Below are positions 1 to 12,519 of a DNA stretch of 64,000 nt, piece by piece (position 1 is the stretch's first letter; every line of letters begins with the position of its first letter). Source of the stretch: Epiperipatus broadwayi (taxonomy: Eukaryota > Animalia > Onychophora). The notes below the pieces were generated by a model. The model made no database searches. It saw only the letters and a program-made list of their open reading frames with translations, and had not been told where the DNA came from. The stretch covers positions 26,226,001 to 26,290,000 of the forward strand of contig JAQFVV010000004.1 of NCBI GenBank assembly GCA_028023455.1. Direction: 5' to 3'. Position numbers and translations under genes: made by a program.

Positions 1-1894
1 TTCATTGCATGAATTCCATCATGCTGATATATATATATATTATTTACCTATGTTTTTAAAATAAAATGTAAACTCTCCTTTTTTTTAATACAGAAAAAAT
101 ATATATGTTTAGAAATCACACTACCTAAGTGAAAGTCTTCCCATTTTTATTCACTATCCACAGATTGATTGCAGCTTCTGGTTCTTTATTTCTGATTCTA
201 TGGCTTAGAGATGATTTTCCTTTAAGTAGAAAAGATAAGCATGGATAATAACTTTTATGAATTTAAATCCAATTATTTTCACATTTAAATTCTGATGTTT
301 TTTTAAAACATATAAATGAATCCAAGCATTTAAAATGATAGGGATTTATTCAATGCCAAATCATATATCACTGGTTTTAATTTTCCTTTTTCACTGACAA
401 TAATGTACAAAAAATTTCTTTAATGACACAATCCAATTATAATCAAGTAAATAATGAATACTAGCATTTTATTTCTGAATTATGATAGTGATGTTTAAAT
501 TGCTTAATATCAAGTTGAGTTAATCAATTGTGTAATATTTCTTGCTCTGAAATATGACATTCATAGACATATAATGAGATTTATATCCATCACAAATAAA
601 TAAATGAAATTCAAGATTTTTAACCATAGAATATCTTTATATACCTGACCTGAAATACAAAGCATTTTGAAGGAGTTTTCTTTCTTTCACATTCTTGCTA
701 CATGGAATATCATCAAAAAACTGCCCCAATTGAATGGAAAGATAGTTAAAATTTTATTCTTCCATAGTTTTATAGATTAATCACTTAAATAATAAAATTC
801 AATAAATTTTTAAAGACTGATCTCAACACATCTGGTCTGGCAATAATAAAATTACACGAACTCAAATTACATTGTCTCTCTTCTATATATATATATAAGA
901 TACTCTTGATGATGCTACTGTTGTCACAACAACTGTTGGAAATTGCTCAAATTTTACTCGATGAGGAAAAATTGTTGAAGAAAATTTTGCCTCCAATTAA
1001 TAAGTGAAATGGAGATTTTAAAATAAAATTGGATACAGTGAAAATGAATTCCTGTTTTACAAATTTAATAATATTTTTCAATTTTAAAACAAAATAAAAA
1101 ATTATATTATAATTCCAATACATTTTAATGGATATAAATATTTTTACATATATTTTTTTAATAATTTTTTTTATATAACATATTTATGAACAACATATAT
1201 GAAACATAAAACATTTAATTTTATAATAGGTGTTGATATGGTGATTGTAATAACAGAAAATTAAATGTGTAATACTTAATAATAATATTGATTTTCTTCA
1301 AGTGATTTTTTTGATCCACTTAACAATTTCCAAAATCTATTTATTTATTCACTTGTTTATATTTTTTTCTGAGATTGAACACAACAGATTTATAAATTGA
1401 TGCTAAATGTTAATAATAAGTAAGAATATTGTTTGTATAGTATAGTTGCCATAGTTACCTGGTAATATTAATACTATAACACCTCCATTATCCATAGATC
1501 AAATGAAATAAAAATTAAACAAGACCAACAAACTTCTTCATTTTTTTAAATACTGTGACATACACCAATCTGGTTACTTACAATATATATATATTGTAAC
1601 AAGAATTAAATAGGTTAAATAAATAATTTATAATATATAGCGTTTTATTAAAATAGATTCCAAAATAGCTTGTATGGAAAAGATGGCAACAGATATTTGG
1701 CCTATTTTGAGCCCTATCTGGGCAGTCATTGTAATCTCAATAAACAAGTAGTAACACATTGTAACTTATAAAATAATATCAAGTGGGTGAGTACATTTAA
1801 TCAAAATATTTCAAAATAAATCCAACATTTTACCCACTTTTTATTTTTATATTAAATGAATATCTAAGTGAATAGTAAGTGAATATAGAGTGAA

Positions 1895-2400
1895 TATGGT
1901 CTATCAGGACACCACTAGATTATCTGAACCTAGACAGTTATATTCTATACCAATTTCAAATGTACTGGGTTTGAACCCATTTGGTACCTTATTTATAACA
2001 AAATGTAGGATTTATGGATTTTAGAACCATATCACATTTACTCTAACATTAAGGAAAACACAAAACATCTTTATGCTTTTGTTGTGCATATAAAATTCAT
2101 CAGACAAAAATTATAACTTAGAGTTTAATCTTATGAATAGATTTTAACATTTTCATAAGTTTTGCTATCTCCTATCAAACACTGTCAATTTATGGTGGTA
2201 ATTCACTCATCCTTGAATGATGTGGATGATGGAATCGAGTTTATTATCTTGTAATGACTCACAAATGATAACCAAATACAGTGAAAATCACTATTTATCT
2301 ATGGCTATTAAACATATTTATCTAGATCATGAATTTAAAAATACAACAATGATGATGATGATGGTATTTCCAGCCACATCTTTAGAACCAAGTCTAACAT
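1895..2400 (+). repeat. Unclassified old interspersed repeat, with a diverged inverted copy at ~7420-7940
   Basis: 1900-2010 (ccactagattatctgaacctaga...gggtttgaaccc...ggtacc...tgtaggattt) matches the reverse complement of 7820-7930. 2350-2385 (gatgatgatggtatttccagccaca) matches the reverse complement of ~7435-7465. Spacing between the two motifs is similar in both copies. Confidence 0.5.
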
Positions 2401-4669
2401 AAAATTTAGCTTTTAGAAATACATAATTATTTGGCTAACTTTAGTATATCTAAATTAGAATTTAACCATTAATATTCAACAGTAATGATGAATGATTATA
2501 ACTAATAAAGAATAATTTTAATAAAAATATACACCTCTTTTAATAAAACAAATTAACATTTATTACTGGACTACTAAAATATACATACTATTTAAAGATA
2601 GAAATGAAAATTTATATGACTAACTATTATAAGTTCTTTATATTGAAATTATAATGTTAATATTGAATTCTTCTCCCTTTCCCATTAATTACAGTATCCA
2701 ATGTTTATCATAGGATAATGTACACCAATTTGGACAATTAATAACTAAAATTTTATATCCACAAGAAAAATATTTCATTAAAAATAATAAACACACTTTG
2801 CACACACATACTTTTATAACCTTATAAATCTAAACTTCACATATAAAGTAAAATGATTAATTAGAAAAGGTTAGTTAGATTGAGAAGTAAAAGATTTACA
2901 GAAACAAGTTTTAAATTAATTATCTCCCCTCTCTAAGCTATTGAGGTCACTAATCATTATTTTAAAAACCATGATCTAACCTCCTCAATGCTCCATCTAT
3001 ATAACTTTCAACATTTACAGACAATTATACATGTGGCAAGTATTATTATATTATTGTGTATGTGTGTGTTGATCTCCATTATGAATAAAATATTATTTTA
3101 AAAATAATAATAATAATAATTATAATAATAATAAACCTTTTCACATATTAACAACATTTAATAAATTTAAATTGATATAGAGTAATACTCTTTATAAAAT
3201 AAAATTAATCAATAAGTGGGTATAATAATTTTAGAATTCATAAAATCATTAATAAACCTTATAGCTATTATTACTAAAACTCTTTGTTTTAATTGATTTG
3301 GGGTTTTAAATTCAGAGATAAGAAGAGATAAAAATTTTGTTATTAAAAAATTTGCTAATAGTCCTTGATATCATAAAAAGGAAAATATATAATTAAAATT
3401 CATATTACCAGTCCTTTTATCTTGTTGAGGCTTCCAAGAATTCAAATTCAGCTAGGAGAATGTCTATAAATTTTGCAGCAAATATATACACCAATCTGTA
3501 ACACTCGTATATTGCCAATGTCCATGCTTTACTGGAACAGTCTTTTCTTTTCTTGACATGAGGCTTATAATTCTGTTTACAGTGATATATGATGATGAAG
3601 TTACTTGCTTCTGTGGGGACCATTTGGAACTGGAATTGTTTCTGCCTTTTCTGTTCAGCATAATGGCTTTCATATATTAAGGATATCTGTTGGTTTTTAT
3701 ATATATAATTTTTGCTGGGGTTCAAACTCAGTCCCTGGCATAACTGTACTAGCATGGTTTAATACTTTTCAGTAGATTATTTTCATTTAGCTTTCAAATC
3801 CAAGTGAATCAAAACATGGATGAGCAGTCAATCACTTCCCTCTTATTTTTACCAATCAGTCACAAGATGTGGAATACTTTTGATTCAGACAGTTTCAGAC
3901 GTGCATTGATGAAATGGATGGCCAGATGAAACATATGTGTACTTAGCCTGTCATCATGTTATATGCTTTCCAATCAAAATTATATATAAAAAATAACTAC
4001 AATTCAGTAGATTTCTGTTCACAATTCAACTTGTTCTCTCTTCACAGTTTCAATATTGTTAAAGACCACACAGATAGAAATTCTGATTTTTATTAGCCAA
4101 ATCATTTGATTAAAACTGATCATCTGCTTCCAATTTACTGTTGGTAAAAAAAAATTCAGACTAATAACTTTTTTGACAATCCGTTGGTCTGGAAAATCCA
4201 TTACCTTAATGTTTTTTACACCTTGGTCCCAAATCTAGTTTTATAAAACTTAATTACTCCTTTCTCTAATTATCTCTGATTTACAGACTTTCAACTGTAA
4301 AGGTTAGCTGAAATTATAACCTTGTGAATTTAATTAACACAATATAATTCTTAACAGATATAGCTTTTCAAAAAAAAAGAGCTTAACAGAATTTTTCTCT
4401 TAACATATATGTCACTGTAAATTTATTTATGCAACACCCAAGCACACACACTTAGATATCCAAATCATTCAGAATACTTGTCTATTAAAAATAATCTGAA
4501 TGCTTTTTACAAATTATAATTTAATATTCAAAATTAACTTTATTAAACCTCTTAGACCTAATTATTGCTATAGAAAAAAATAGAAATAGAGAGCAGAATT
4601 TAGCAAGTATAGATTAATTTTGAAAAAAAAGTTAATACTCAAAAATATGAAAATAACAAACTAAATAGT

Positions 4670-5650
4670 TTGTGTCCACAGACAACTGTCTCTATGTGTT
4701 CTAATCCTAACTTTTTAAAAAAAAAAACTATTAAATAATTCAAGGTATGCACTATTCTTTTTGGGTTTTGTTAATACACACAAACAAAGAGCATAAACAC
4801 TTCCTCCACTCTCTTTCTATCTTAGGCTTTTGGGACTTGATCTTGTAGGGTTTGAACTTAGATGCCCTACAACTTCCTTTCCTGTATAAAATGTAATGAT
4901 GATTTTTTTTTCTGTATTTCTATTCTATGCACATAACTACAAATTTGAACACAGGCTAAATTGAAATGGGAACTATATATATATATATCAGAAATTAATC
5001 ACAAACCTGATTTTGATAATGCCAAAATATTTGCTAATTTTGAAAAGCAGGAATTGAGAATTGTGAGGGAGTCAATTGAAATATTAAAAAGACCAACTGA
5101 TTTACATAGAATGATGAAACAATGTATTTCAGCCTTATAGAGACCACTTATTTTACCTCTTCATTGTAATATAAAGTTGAAAACAATTAACGGTGAAACT
5201 GAAGAAAATAAACATTTTGTTAATTCACATATTCTGAATACTCAACTACTTCACACTCAATTTCTTTCTTTACCTCACACTCAATCCTGTTACTATTTGA
5301 GATCCAGCAGTTTTTCTTTGAAAAGTTAATCTTAACAATGGCAAATATTATTTCATCAAAACAATAAAAATTAATCAAACCTAACAGATAGTTTAACCCA
5401 AAGTATTTTATTTACATCATATAACTGTGAAAACATTAAATATAATATATATTGTAGGGTGTTAAGTTCAAACTCTACATTACAAATTCCAAAGATTTCA
5501 GAGAGTGGGAGAAATATTTTTTTCTCTATTCAGCTGATTTTATTAGTTAAAAAGAACTATATATATATATATCTTGAATAATTTAATGGTTATATTTAAA
5601 AGTTAAAAATTTTAAGCACATATAAATAGTTGTCTGTAGACAAACATTCT
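4670..5650. repeat. Diverged inverted repeat pair (~4670-4870 vs ~5450-5650) flanking a PLE relic
   Basis: tgtccacagacaact...ccactctct...tgtagggtttgaacttagatgccctaca is mirrored by the reverse complement of 5450-5650 (tgtctacagacaact...ccactctct...tgtagagtttgaacttaacaccctaca). By eye roughly two-thirds identical. Confidence 0.45.
4991..5160 (+). pseudogene. Relic of a Penelope-like GIY-YIG endonuclease C-terminus
   Basis: Translates EINHKPDFDNAKIFANFEKQELRIVRESIEILKRPTDL...ISAL*RPLI, resembling the H-x-FD-x-x-N-x-KI...R-x-x-RE-x-IEI...W-x-PLI end of PLE endonucleases. TAG stands at the expected Trp. Confidence 0.55.
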
Positions 5651-8600
5651 ATACAGTATTAGTTTTCTAAGTCTAATTGGTAACTTTTTATAGTTAACTT
5701 ATGTCTAACAATTTATAGTTTTGTTCTTTCCTAATAATATATTTTTATATATTTGTCATTGCTTATTTATTCTATGACTTTGATACTAATAGTGTTAATT
5801 AATCTGTAGCTTTCCAAATATTAAAAAGGTTTTTAAATAATTTCATAATTTCTGTGTAAAAAGTTTTTTATATTATTTAAATCCAGTCTTTTTATTTAAA
5901 AAGTGTTAAAACTGAGAGAAAAAGATTGCCACTTCTAAAAAATTTCAAACTAGTGTTAAAAAAGATTTGAGAGAGATAAAATCAATTTTAACTTAACTTT
6001 AGTGTCAGAAAATTGGAATTGAAGAAAAATAACTCATTAGTAAGCACTTTCAAAATTAAAAACTGTTGATTACTTTAGACCATCCAAAGAATAAGATAAA
6101 GATCAAAGAAACCACTGATCATTGTGGATCACACCAAATAAAAAATTTTCAAAAAAATATAAGGATTAAAGATATTTGTATCGCAGCTGTTCTGATAAAG
6201 TATATTTTATAGATAACCAAGTGTTTCAATAACTAAATGTCCTGTGATGTCATCAAAGAGCCAGCACATATATGGTCTGAAAAATAAGACAGTTTAGATT
6301 AATAAGTCTTATTTCCTCTTGGAATCAACCTTCATTATTTTTTTTAATAATTTTGAAGGATTCTATAGCAGTGTGGGGGGGTAGAAAAATATTTTGTTGA
6401 ACGGTCCCAATGACTGATTCAAAAAACTCTATGCACATTGAAAGAGTTAAATCTGAAAAAGAAGTTAACAAAAAGCATCTTATGGCTGATCTCCAAAGTC
6501 CAAAGAAGGCTTTGAATCCTGCTATTGCTTCACCTATGCCATTGCTGAACTCTAAGTAAACACCAAGTAAAATGCTAGTAAATTACAACAAGAGCAGAAT
6601 ACCCATTTATCTATTGGCATGCCTTCAAACAGAAAAAAAGGAAGGAATCAAGAACTCATTGCAATGCTAAATAGTATCTCTACAGAAATGCATTCTGTCC
6701 AGTGAGATCATCATCATCGCAGTAAATCAGAAAGAATTACAAACTTACATCTAAAATGGAACTTTTTATTACATGTAACTATTTATATATGCAGTTTTTT
6801 TTTGTTTTTTTTAATAAAATGTCTTTTTATTATGTATTAATTCAGGTATCAAAAGAAATGTATTATTCTTATCATATATAAAGGTTGAATGCAAGATTTA
6901 TTAATGAGAAGTAATATATATTTACACACACACCTAGTGGTATGAATATACCTACATGAATATGTGTTGAGTATGGATGTACAAATCGATGAGAGTAGAT
7001 AGTATAATGAGAGATGGATTTTAAGATAATTAGCAATCAGAGTTTAATGGAAATTGAGATAAATAGTTTGAAACCGATTTATTTAGATATTCTTATCTTT
7101 GTACTTTAACTAACTTTCTCTATCTATTACTCAATTATTATTTTTTAAGATTGTAGGCACAAAATGTATGTTATATGTAATATGCGAGAGTATGTGCATG
7201 TATCAGATGTTTATTTAGAAAATTAAAATATTTCTTGATATGAAACTTCTATTCACCCACTAGAAATATATTAACATGCACATATCTTGCTACATGATAT
7301 TAATGATTGAGTTTAAATTACATTAAAGGAGGGGGGGACGACTTTTGAATATTTTTGTTGTTTGAATGCAACTAATTTTATTATTAATTATAGATTAATA
7401 AAAGATATGATTTGTGTTGTGAGTTAGATGTACAGTTGTGGCTGGAAGTATCATTGCCATCATTATCATAATCATTTTATTATTTAATAAATGGTCTAAA
7501 TAAATTTACTTAATGGCCATATAAATAATGGTTCTCACTTTGTTTGTTATTAGTGAGCCATCATAAGAGATAATGACTACCATCAAAGATCTCTGAAGAT
7601 TTGGTGAATTACCATAGATGATCTATAGTATTAAATATGAGCTAGTAAAACTTATAATATTATTAAATATGAATTTGAAAGAGTTATAATGTTGAATTAT
7701 GAAATATGAGCTCTTAAAAGGTTTTATGATATTAAACTCTTAAACGTGATATATAATATAATTTGTCATGAGGTTGTTTTACTATTAATACAGATACAAA
7801 TGATATTATGAAATGGGAAATCCTACATACTATTATATAAATGTACCAACTGAGGTTCAAACCAGGTATGAGTATCAGTAGGTATGCAATGTAACTTTAT
7901 CTAGGTTTAGATAGCCTAGTGGCACTCAGATATATAGATATGAGAAAGAAAGGATTAGAGTGTAAAATGGTTAATTGCAAAGTAGTTTGTCCAATTGGGG
8001 TATAAAACTGTTTACATGGTTATTGGCAATTGATCTAAAATAATTGATCCATTGTGAATAGCTATCACAATGAGGAGTGCTAAGAAAATGGATTTTATCT
8101 AGATTAATTTCATATTCTGTTACAAATGCCACCAAAACCTGCACACTATTGAATAAGGACATAGCATGCAAATGGTCTAGATATTTTTATTCTTTTACAA
8201 TATATATTGTAATAGACACATTTAAGTAATCTATTCACTGATTTCTTTTGTACAGATTGTTTAAGAATAAATCATTATCTTTAGTGAATAATTTTTAATG
8301 AAGAATTTATTTTTATATAAAAAAATTAAATAGAAACAAAAAAGTAATTGCTAATGAATATTTATGAAACAAAAAATTGCACAGCTTTTATAAGAGTTAA
8401 AATTAATATCTATTTTAATAATAGAACATACAATTTTTATGGTTAATGACTCCTTCAACATTGAAATGCTTAATGCACTAAATTGATTGCTTCTATCCCA
8501 GGAAGAGCAAGTGATATTAGTACTTTGTACAAGCTCTTTTAATCTGTTTACACAGATATTACTGTCATTTTTATAATTTTATATTAATTTTTATGCATAA

Positions 8601-10536
8601 ATTGAACATTTCCTCAGTTTTAATTAGAAAAATTACTAATTATATTTAAAATGTTATGTCAATGTTGTTGTTATGTTTTCTTTTAATTAATTAAATTGGC
8701 TTGCTTAATAAATTTATTATTAATTTGCTTTATTAACTTTTTAAAAAATAGTTCCTCATAATTTTAAAAGTATTTTTCTTCAGACGTTTTACTTTTTTAA
8801 TTTTTTTTGTAATAAAACTTTTAAAACTAAATATTTATATTCCTTATGCGCATGCATATGAGCACAGCATCATCATTAGCAACTTCTCATAGTAGCCCTT
8901 CTAATACCAAAAATAAAAACAATATACATACATTGTGTAAATGAATGTATGTAAATAGCTGAACACAATATCACTTATTAATAGATTATATACATATTAA
9001 AATTTTTTTGTTCACATATATATACCAATAAGAAACTTATTCTAATGATAAGAATACATCACTCTAAAGGCATATTGACTGATTCCTGACTAAAGAAATT
9101 TAATCAAAATAATAAAAAAAAAATGAAGAAAGAAAATGATAGTTTGGTCAATGAAGCAAAAAGTCTTTGATTTATTTGCGAATTTAAAACTTGAACCTTC
9201 ATTCAACTGACTGTATAATAAATAAATCAATGTAACATATATATTTGTAAGTCTGACCAACTACTATAGAACATTTACCTAATATAAATTAAATTGTTTA
9301 AGTTTTTTTCTTTCTATATATATATATTCATTATGTATACTTTTTCAATTACGTCATTCTTGTTACAATAATTATTTAATGATTTTGTGTTTTTTTCTGA
9401 TTAAATTTCCATGTAATTTCTTAGCAATTTTATTAATGTGTATTATATATGCAGATATATTTTTATATAATTTTGATTTGTTTGTTATTTTGCAACACCT
9501 CTCATTTTTTTATTATCGTTATATCAATATTAGTTATTTTTCAAAAAGCAATTCCAACTTCATAACCTTCTTTTAACATTTAGCCTATTTTGATAACCTT
9601 CAAACTTTTTTTTATTTAGGACATCAATCAACAATTATTTTCTTCACTTATCTCTCTATCTCTTAATTTTCACAGACTCTTCCAACATATCTTTCATAAC
9701 TTCTTTGTCTCTAAGAATATATTCAATCTAATTCTTTTTCAATTCACACTTTTTTAAATAAATAAAATGTTTCTATTTGTTTTTTTTTGTTTTTTTTTTT
9801 AGCATTTTAACTTTATTAATCTTATCATTGCAACTTATCTCTAAATTTACAACATAAAAACCATCATTTTTTCTTCAAATATATCATTAACGATCCTGCA
9901 TTACATACACATATATATATATTATTTGCCGAGTATCAAGAAAGATGCTATTCTTTAACATTTTCAAAATTATATAAAATAGATTTTGGGGTTAAATCCA
10001 TTTAGCAACTTGATTTATACTTCAATAATAAATCCCAACAAAATAGTTATTATAGATTAATGAAGAAAGTTTATTTAGACTCAAAGAAATTATCAATTTG
10101 TAGTAATTGATAGTTTCATAGCAACATCAAAGACAAAGATTATCTCTGTTTACATGGATAACTCTTCATATTTCTGTTCTTTATTAGAGTAGCAATCCAC
10201 AAAAATATTTAATTCAACATTTATATATATTCCAACAGTATAAAATTATCCACAGTTTATTTGGGCAAGACAAATATAACAGTATAAATTAAATATAGTC
10301 AAACATATTAGAATAATGATTTAAAAGAATGTAAAAGACTATCACAGTTTTAAAATATTATTAAACTATGTGGATACATAAATACAAATTTATTAACACA
10401 TAGTTATCTAACAAAAGGCATTTAAAATATTGTATCCAATAATATCATTTTATAACTAACTACTTATGTAGTTTTAAGATATATATTTAATAATGAAACA
10501 TATGTAAATAAATTTATCTTTGTAATTTTTATGCAT

Positions 10537-10956
10537 AGGCAAAACTCTCCATAAAGTAGTGCCACCCTGTGCTAACCAGAGTAATCAATAGATTCCAGAA
10601 GGCTTGTGCAAAAAATCCCTATCTAGTGCCTACTCATTCAATATCCCCAGACTAGTTTCTGGCTTGTGGCCATCATCAGTGAGGAGCATTGGATCTGAGA
10701 GCACTGCACCTAGATTTTAGGATCCAATGCAACCCTCCAGCAGCCACCTTTTATCTCTACTTTACTACAAAACTATGAGAATGAAATTGAAAACACAAAA
10801 ATATTTTCAGTCTAAGCTCAATAGCTTATATAGTCATAGGGCATCTATTGATTACTCTGGTTAGCACAGGGTGGCACTACTGTATGGAGAGTTTTGCCTT
10901 TGTTTACAACAATTATGTGCTAGTATGAGATGGTGATCATGTGATGTTTAGTGATT
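10537..10956. mobile_element. Small non-coding HHR-bearing PLE-type insertion, family A copy 1
   Basis: Flanked by a 14-bp TSD with one mismatch (taatttttatgcat 10523-10536 / taatatttatgcat 10957-10970). Internal ~56-bp inverted repeat (10538-10593 vs 10843-10898). Related copies at 50777 and 56396. The paralogous site at ~32915-32930 is empty. Confidence 0.85.
10644..10685 (-). ncRNA. Minimal type I hammerhead ribozyme (family A)
   Basis: Minus strand: TCCTCA CTGATGA TGGC-CACAA-GCCA GAAA CTAG TC^ TGGGGA. Full CUGAUGA/GAAA core, 4-bp stem II, palindromic stem III (ACTAGT), GUC site, 6-bp stem I. Confidence 0.88.
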
Positions 10957-12519
10957 TAATATTTATGCATGTTTACCTAACTACATTGTAGATAATAAAA
11001 TATAACAACTAAATAATTACTCTTCTTCATGGTTCTTTAATTATCCTTTAATACTCTCAATAATAATAATAACTAAACAATAGTTTTCAAAAATTATATA
11101 AAAGTAGAAAATATATTAAAATACTATGTGACCATAGATTTATCCAAATCTGTGATGATATGAATAAAAGTGAAAATAATTTAAATAACAAAAAACTTGT
11201 TTTATTTGCATCAAGATAATAAATAATATACAATACATAAATAGTAATAATAAATAAATGAATATATAATAGGATACTTTCTTGCAAAATTTAGTTGTAA
11301 ATAAAATAAGATTTTAAACTTGGATACCATTTTAAAATCTTAAATGTGTATATAACTGTTTCACTATGTGATGTTAAATGATCTAAATATATTAAGGCAC
11401 CTCTTTAAAAAAACATAATATGTGCTATAATAAAATAATTATAAGTATAATAATTTATTATGTTTTATTTAATCTTTATTTCCACAATATAATGGCATTG
11501 GTCTTATATCCATATGCATTTGTTTAAGACAAACATTATCTTATTATATCTATTATTTCCTTACATATTATAAACATGCATATTCAAACACCTCCAAATT
11601 AGTTAATATATAATTCTATAAAAATAAATGTGGCTTTACAACAGTGCATGCAAAGGCAAATACATAAATCTTAAGTGTTTTGCTCTGCTATATAGTAATA
11701 CAACTTTAAATATATAAGAAAAACCCATTGTCACGAAGACTGGAAAATAATCTAAATATAAAGAAAACATAGTATTATATAGGAAATAATTCTAAATATT
11801 AATCTTAAATAGAGAATTTTAAAAAAACTTTACTTTAAAATAACAAATATTCAAATAACTAAATAACATTACAGCCACAAATATAAACTTAAACTTTAAT
11901 TTATAAAACAACTCTTCATCCAAGATCATTCCCTTCAAAATGCATCTATATAGTAACAATAAATTATGAAGATTGTATATTTTGTTTAATAGTAAACAAT
12001 AATAAGAAAAAATATATATTAATAAGTAAAAAAAAGTTCTTTAAACAATCTATAATTTCTGTTGAAGCAATGATGTTGCTTTCAAAAAATTTTAAAATGA
12101 TACACTTTCCAAGAAATGATGTGATTTTGATAATAAGTTGTTTACCAATTGTAGCTTTTGTTTTCTGCTTTATATATAAAAATCTTTAAAGATAATGTTT
12201 AAAAATGTTTTCCTTTTCAGCATTTTGATCAATTAATTTTAAACATTCTACATTCCAAGCCATTGCCCTCAAGAATGAACTACTTTTTGGTTTTCTAGCC
12301 CAATATTCCTGGCATAAAAATTTTTGTATAATTTGTCAAATACAAGTACAGGATATATCAAGAATGATATATCTAAAACATGAAGATAAGTAGTCTGAGT
12401 AGGAAGCACCTTCCTGAGCTCCCAAAAGTTTTTTTTTATTAAAGATTCCCTAAATTTATAACCATCGGAAAAAAGGCCTTGAAATCGTTTAAGGTAAGTG
12501 GTTCTTATATTTTATCTAA

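Larger units (their letters stand above)
10240..12030 (+). repeat. Diverged direct duplication, partner at ~32680-33940
   Basis: Collinear matches such as gtataaaattatcca..tttgggca..caaatataacagtataaattaaatatag (10240 vs 32680), tttacct.actacattgta (10972 vs 32932) and tctgtgatgatatgaataaaa (11150 vs ~33105). This copy carries the family A insertion; the partner does not. Confidence 0.75.

Noticed and set aside
3417-4201. GC-richer block with short minus-strand ORFs, possibly a decayed transposase or exon
   Set aside because: No motif I could assign in any frame; multiple stops.
6410-6760. Coding-like stretch (MTDSKNSMH...; GRNQELIAMLNSISTEMHSVQ...)
   Set aside because: Interrupted by stops and frame changes, no recognisable family; cannot be supported as a gene.
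10537-10898. Family A as a TIR-type MITE
   Set aside because: The right inverted arm ends ~58 bp inside the TSD-defined boundary, arm length varies between copies, TSDs are 13-14 bp, and an HHR is present. This fits PLE-type inversion.
9379-11287. Hydrophobic short ORFs (9379, 11087; similarly 29772, 33306, 41117, 49670, 50942)
   Set aside because: F/I/L/Y-rich peptides expected by chance from AT-rich non-coding DNA or LINE relics.
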